64,000 nucleotides of DNA, taken from NCBI GenBank assembly GCA_965217195.1, contig CBDCHL010000003.1:1053260-1117259 (forward strand), written 5' to 3'. The DNA is from Bryobacterales bacterium (GTDB lineage Bacteria > Acidobacteriota > Terriglobia > Bryobacterales > UBA6623). The notes under the pieces are model-generated. The model saw nothing but the letters and a program-made list of their open reading frames with translations. It was not told the origin of the DNA and searched no databases. Both the position numbers and the translations under genes were made by a program. Below, in pieces: positions 63,612 through 64,000 of this stretch. Position 1 is the first letter of the stretch. The number at the start of each line of letters is the position of its first letter.

Positions 63612-64000
63612 TCAGGGAACTTCCCAAACGTCTCCCGACCGCAGCATAGTTTCCAAATCGGCGGCAGGCGTATTCTCGCGCGCCTGTTGGATTTGGCGGT
63701 GAACAGCTCCCTCGTAGGTTTCTTCCTCGACTGCCCGGAAGACCCCCAAAGGCGTGGGGAACTCGGGCGGCCCCATCCGACTCAACATGTAGGCCAAAGT
63801 AGGGTCGGCGGTTTTTTCATCGTGGCGCAGCAAGTCGTCTTCCGACACGCCGTCCTCGGAAAGATTCGCGATCTCGGGACGGAAGCCTTCTCCTACTCGA
63901 ATGCCTTTATCACGTTCCGAGCCGAAGATCATCGGCTCGCCGTGCTGAAGACCAATCATGTGATCGTCGCGGCTCTTGCGGTCGGTCAGTTCCGCCCAAA
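63612..64000 (-). CDS. korB: 2-oxoacid:ferredoxin oxidoreductase beta subunit, C-terminal part (5' end outside the window)
   Basis: The frame stays open to base 64000 (...WAELTDRKSRDDHMIGLQHGEPMIFG...). The C-terminal region (PTPLGVFR ... SGDVWEV) fits KorB-type beta subunits as I recall them. Confidence 0.65.
   Translation of the reverse strand, partial: WAELTDRKSRDDHMIGLQHGEPMIFGSERDKGIRVGEGFRPEIANLSEDGVSEDDLLRHDEKTADPTLAYMLSRMGPPEFPTPLGVFRAVEEETYEGAVHRQIQQARENTPAADLETMLRSGDVWEVP

Overview
64-kb, high-G+C bacterial chromosomal segment. I found no rRNA, tRNA or CRISPR array by eye. I support about 47 protein-coding genes, densely packed on both strands. Many long ORFs in the six-frame track are antisense shadows typical of GC-rich DNA and were discarded. 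Several track starts are upstream TTG/GTG codons, and I moved these to better-supported ATG/GTG starts. Content is mostly housekeeping, envelope and proteolysis functions: fdhA (5'-partial), a B12-binding corrinoid protein, panB-panC, a class-V aminotransferase, TonB plus an M48-like protein, hsp20-clpB, a uracil-DNA glycosylase, a DksA/TraR zinc-finger protein, a large alpha/beta hydrolase, an M3 oligopeptidase, a GntP permease, a TPR protein, lpxB coupled to a catalytically degenerate M1-peptidase homologue, an S55 (SpoIVB-like) peptidase coupled to a beta-propeller protein, an MFP-RND-RND efflux operon, a LarA-like/SDR pair, a HAD hydrolase, a D-aminoacylase, guaA, a GlcD-like flavoenzyme, an IorAB-type molybdenum hydroxylase, metW, an amidohydrolase, an S9 peptidase, a degenerate Wzt-like ABC ATPase, an RRM protein, a LysR regulator, DUF1015, a CBS protein and korB (5'-partial at the right edge). 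The only clearly accessory stretch is about 49.9-53.7 kb, a patchy lower-G+C islet between the iorAB-like operon and metW. It holds a small secreted protein and a Y1 (RAYT/IS200-like) transposase gene flanked by mirror-image GAGATCGG-core microsatellite arrays with both ends duplicated. It also holds a translationally coupled two-gene cassette (DUF5343-like protein plus Swt1-type HEPN protein), which is my best candidate for an undescribed toxin-antitoxin or defence-type module. Gene content is reminiscent of Acidobacteriota-type genomes, but taxonomy cannot be verified from the sequence alone. All family assignments rest on motifs read from the translations and on recalled family knowledge, not on database searches.
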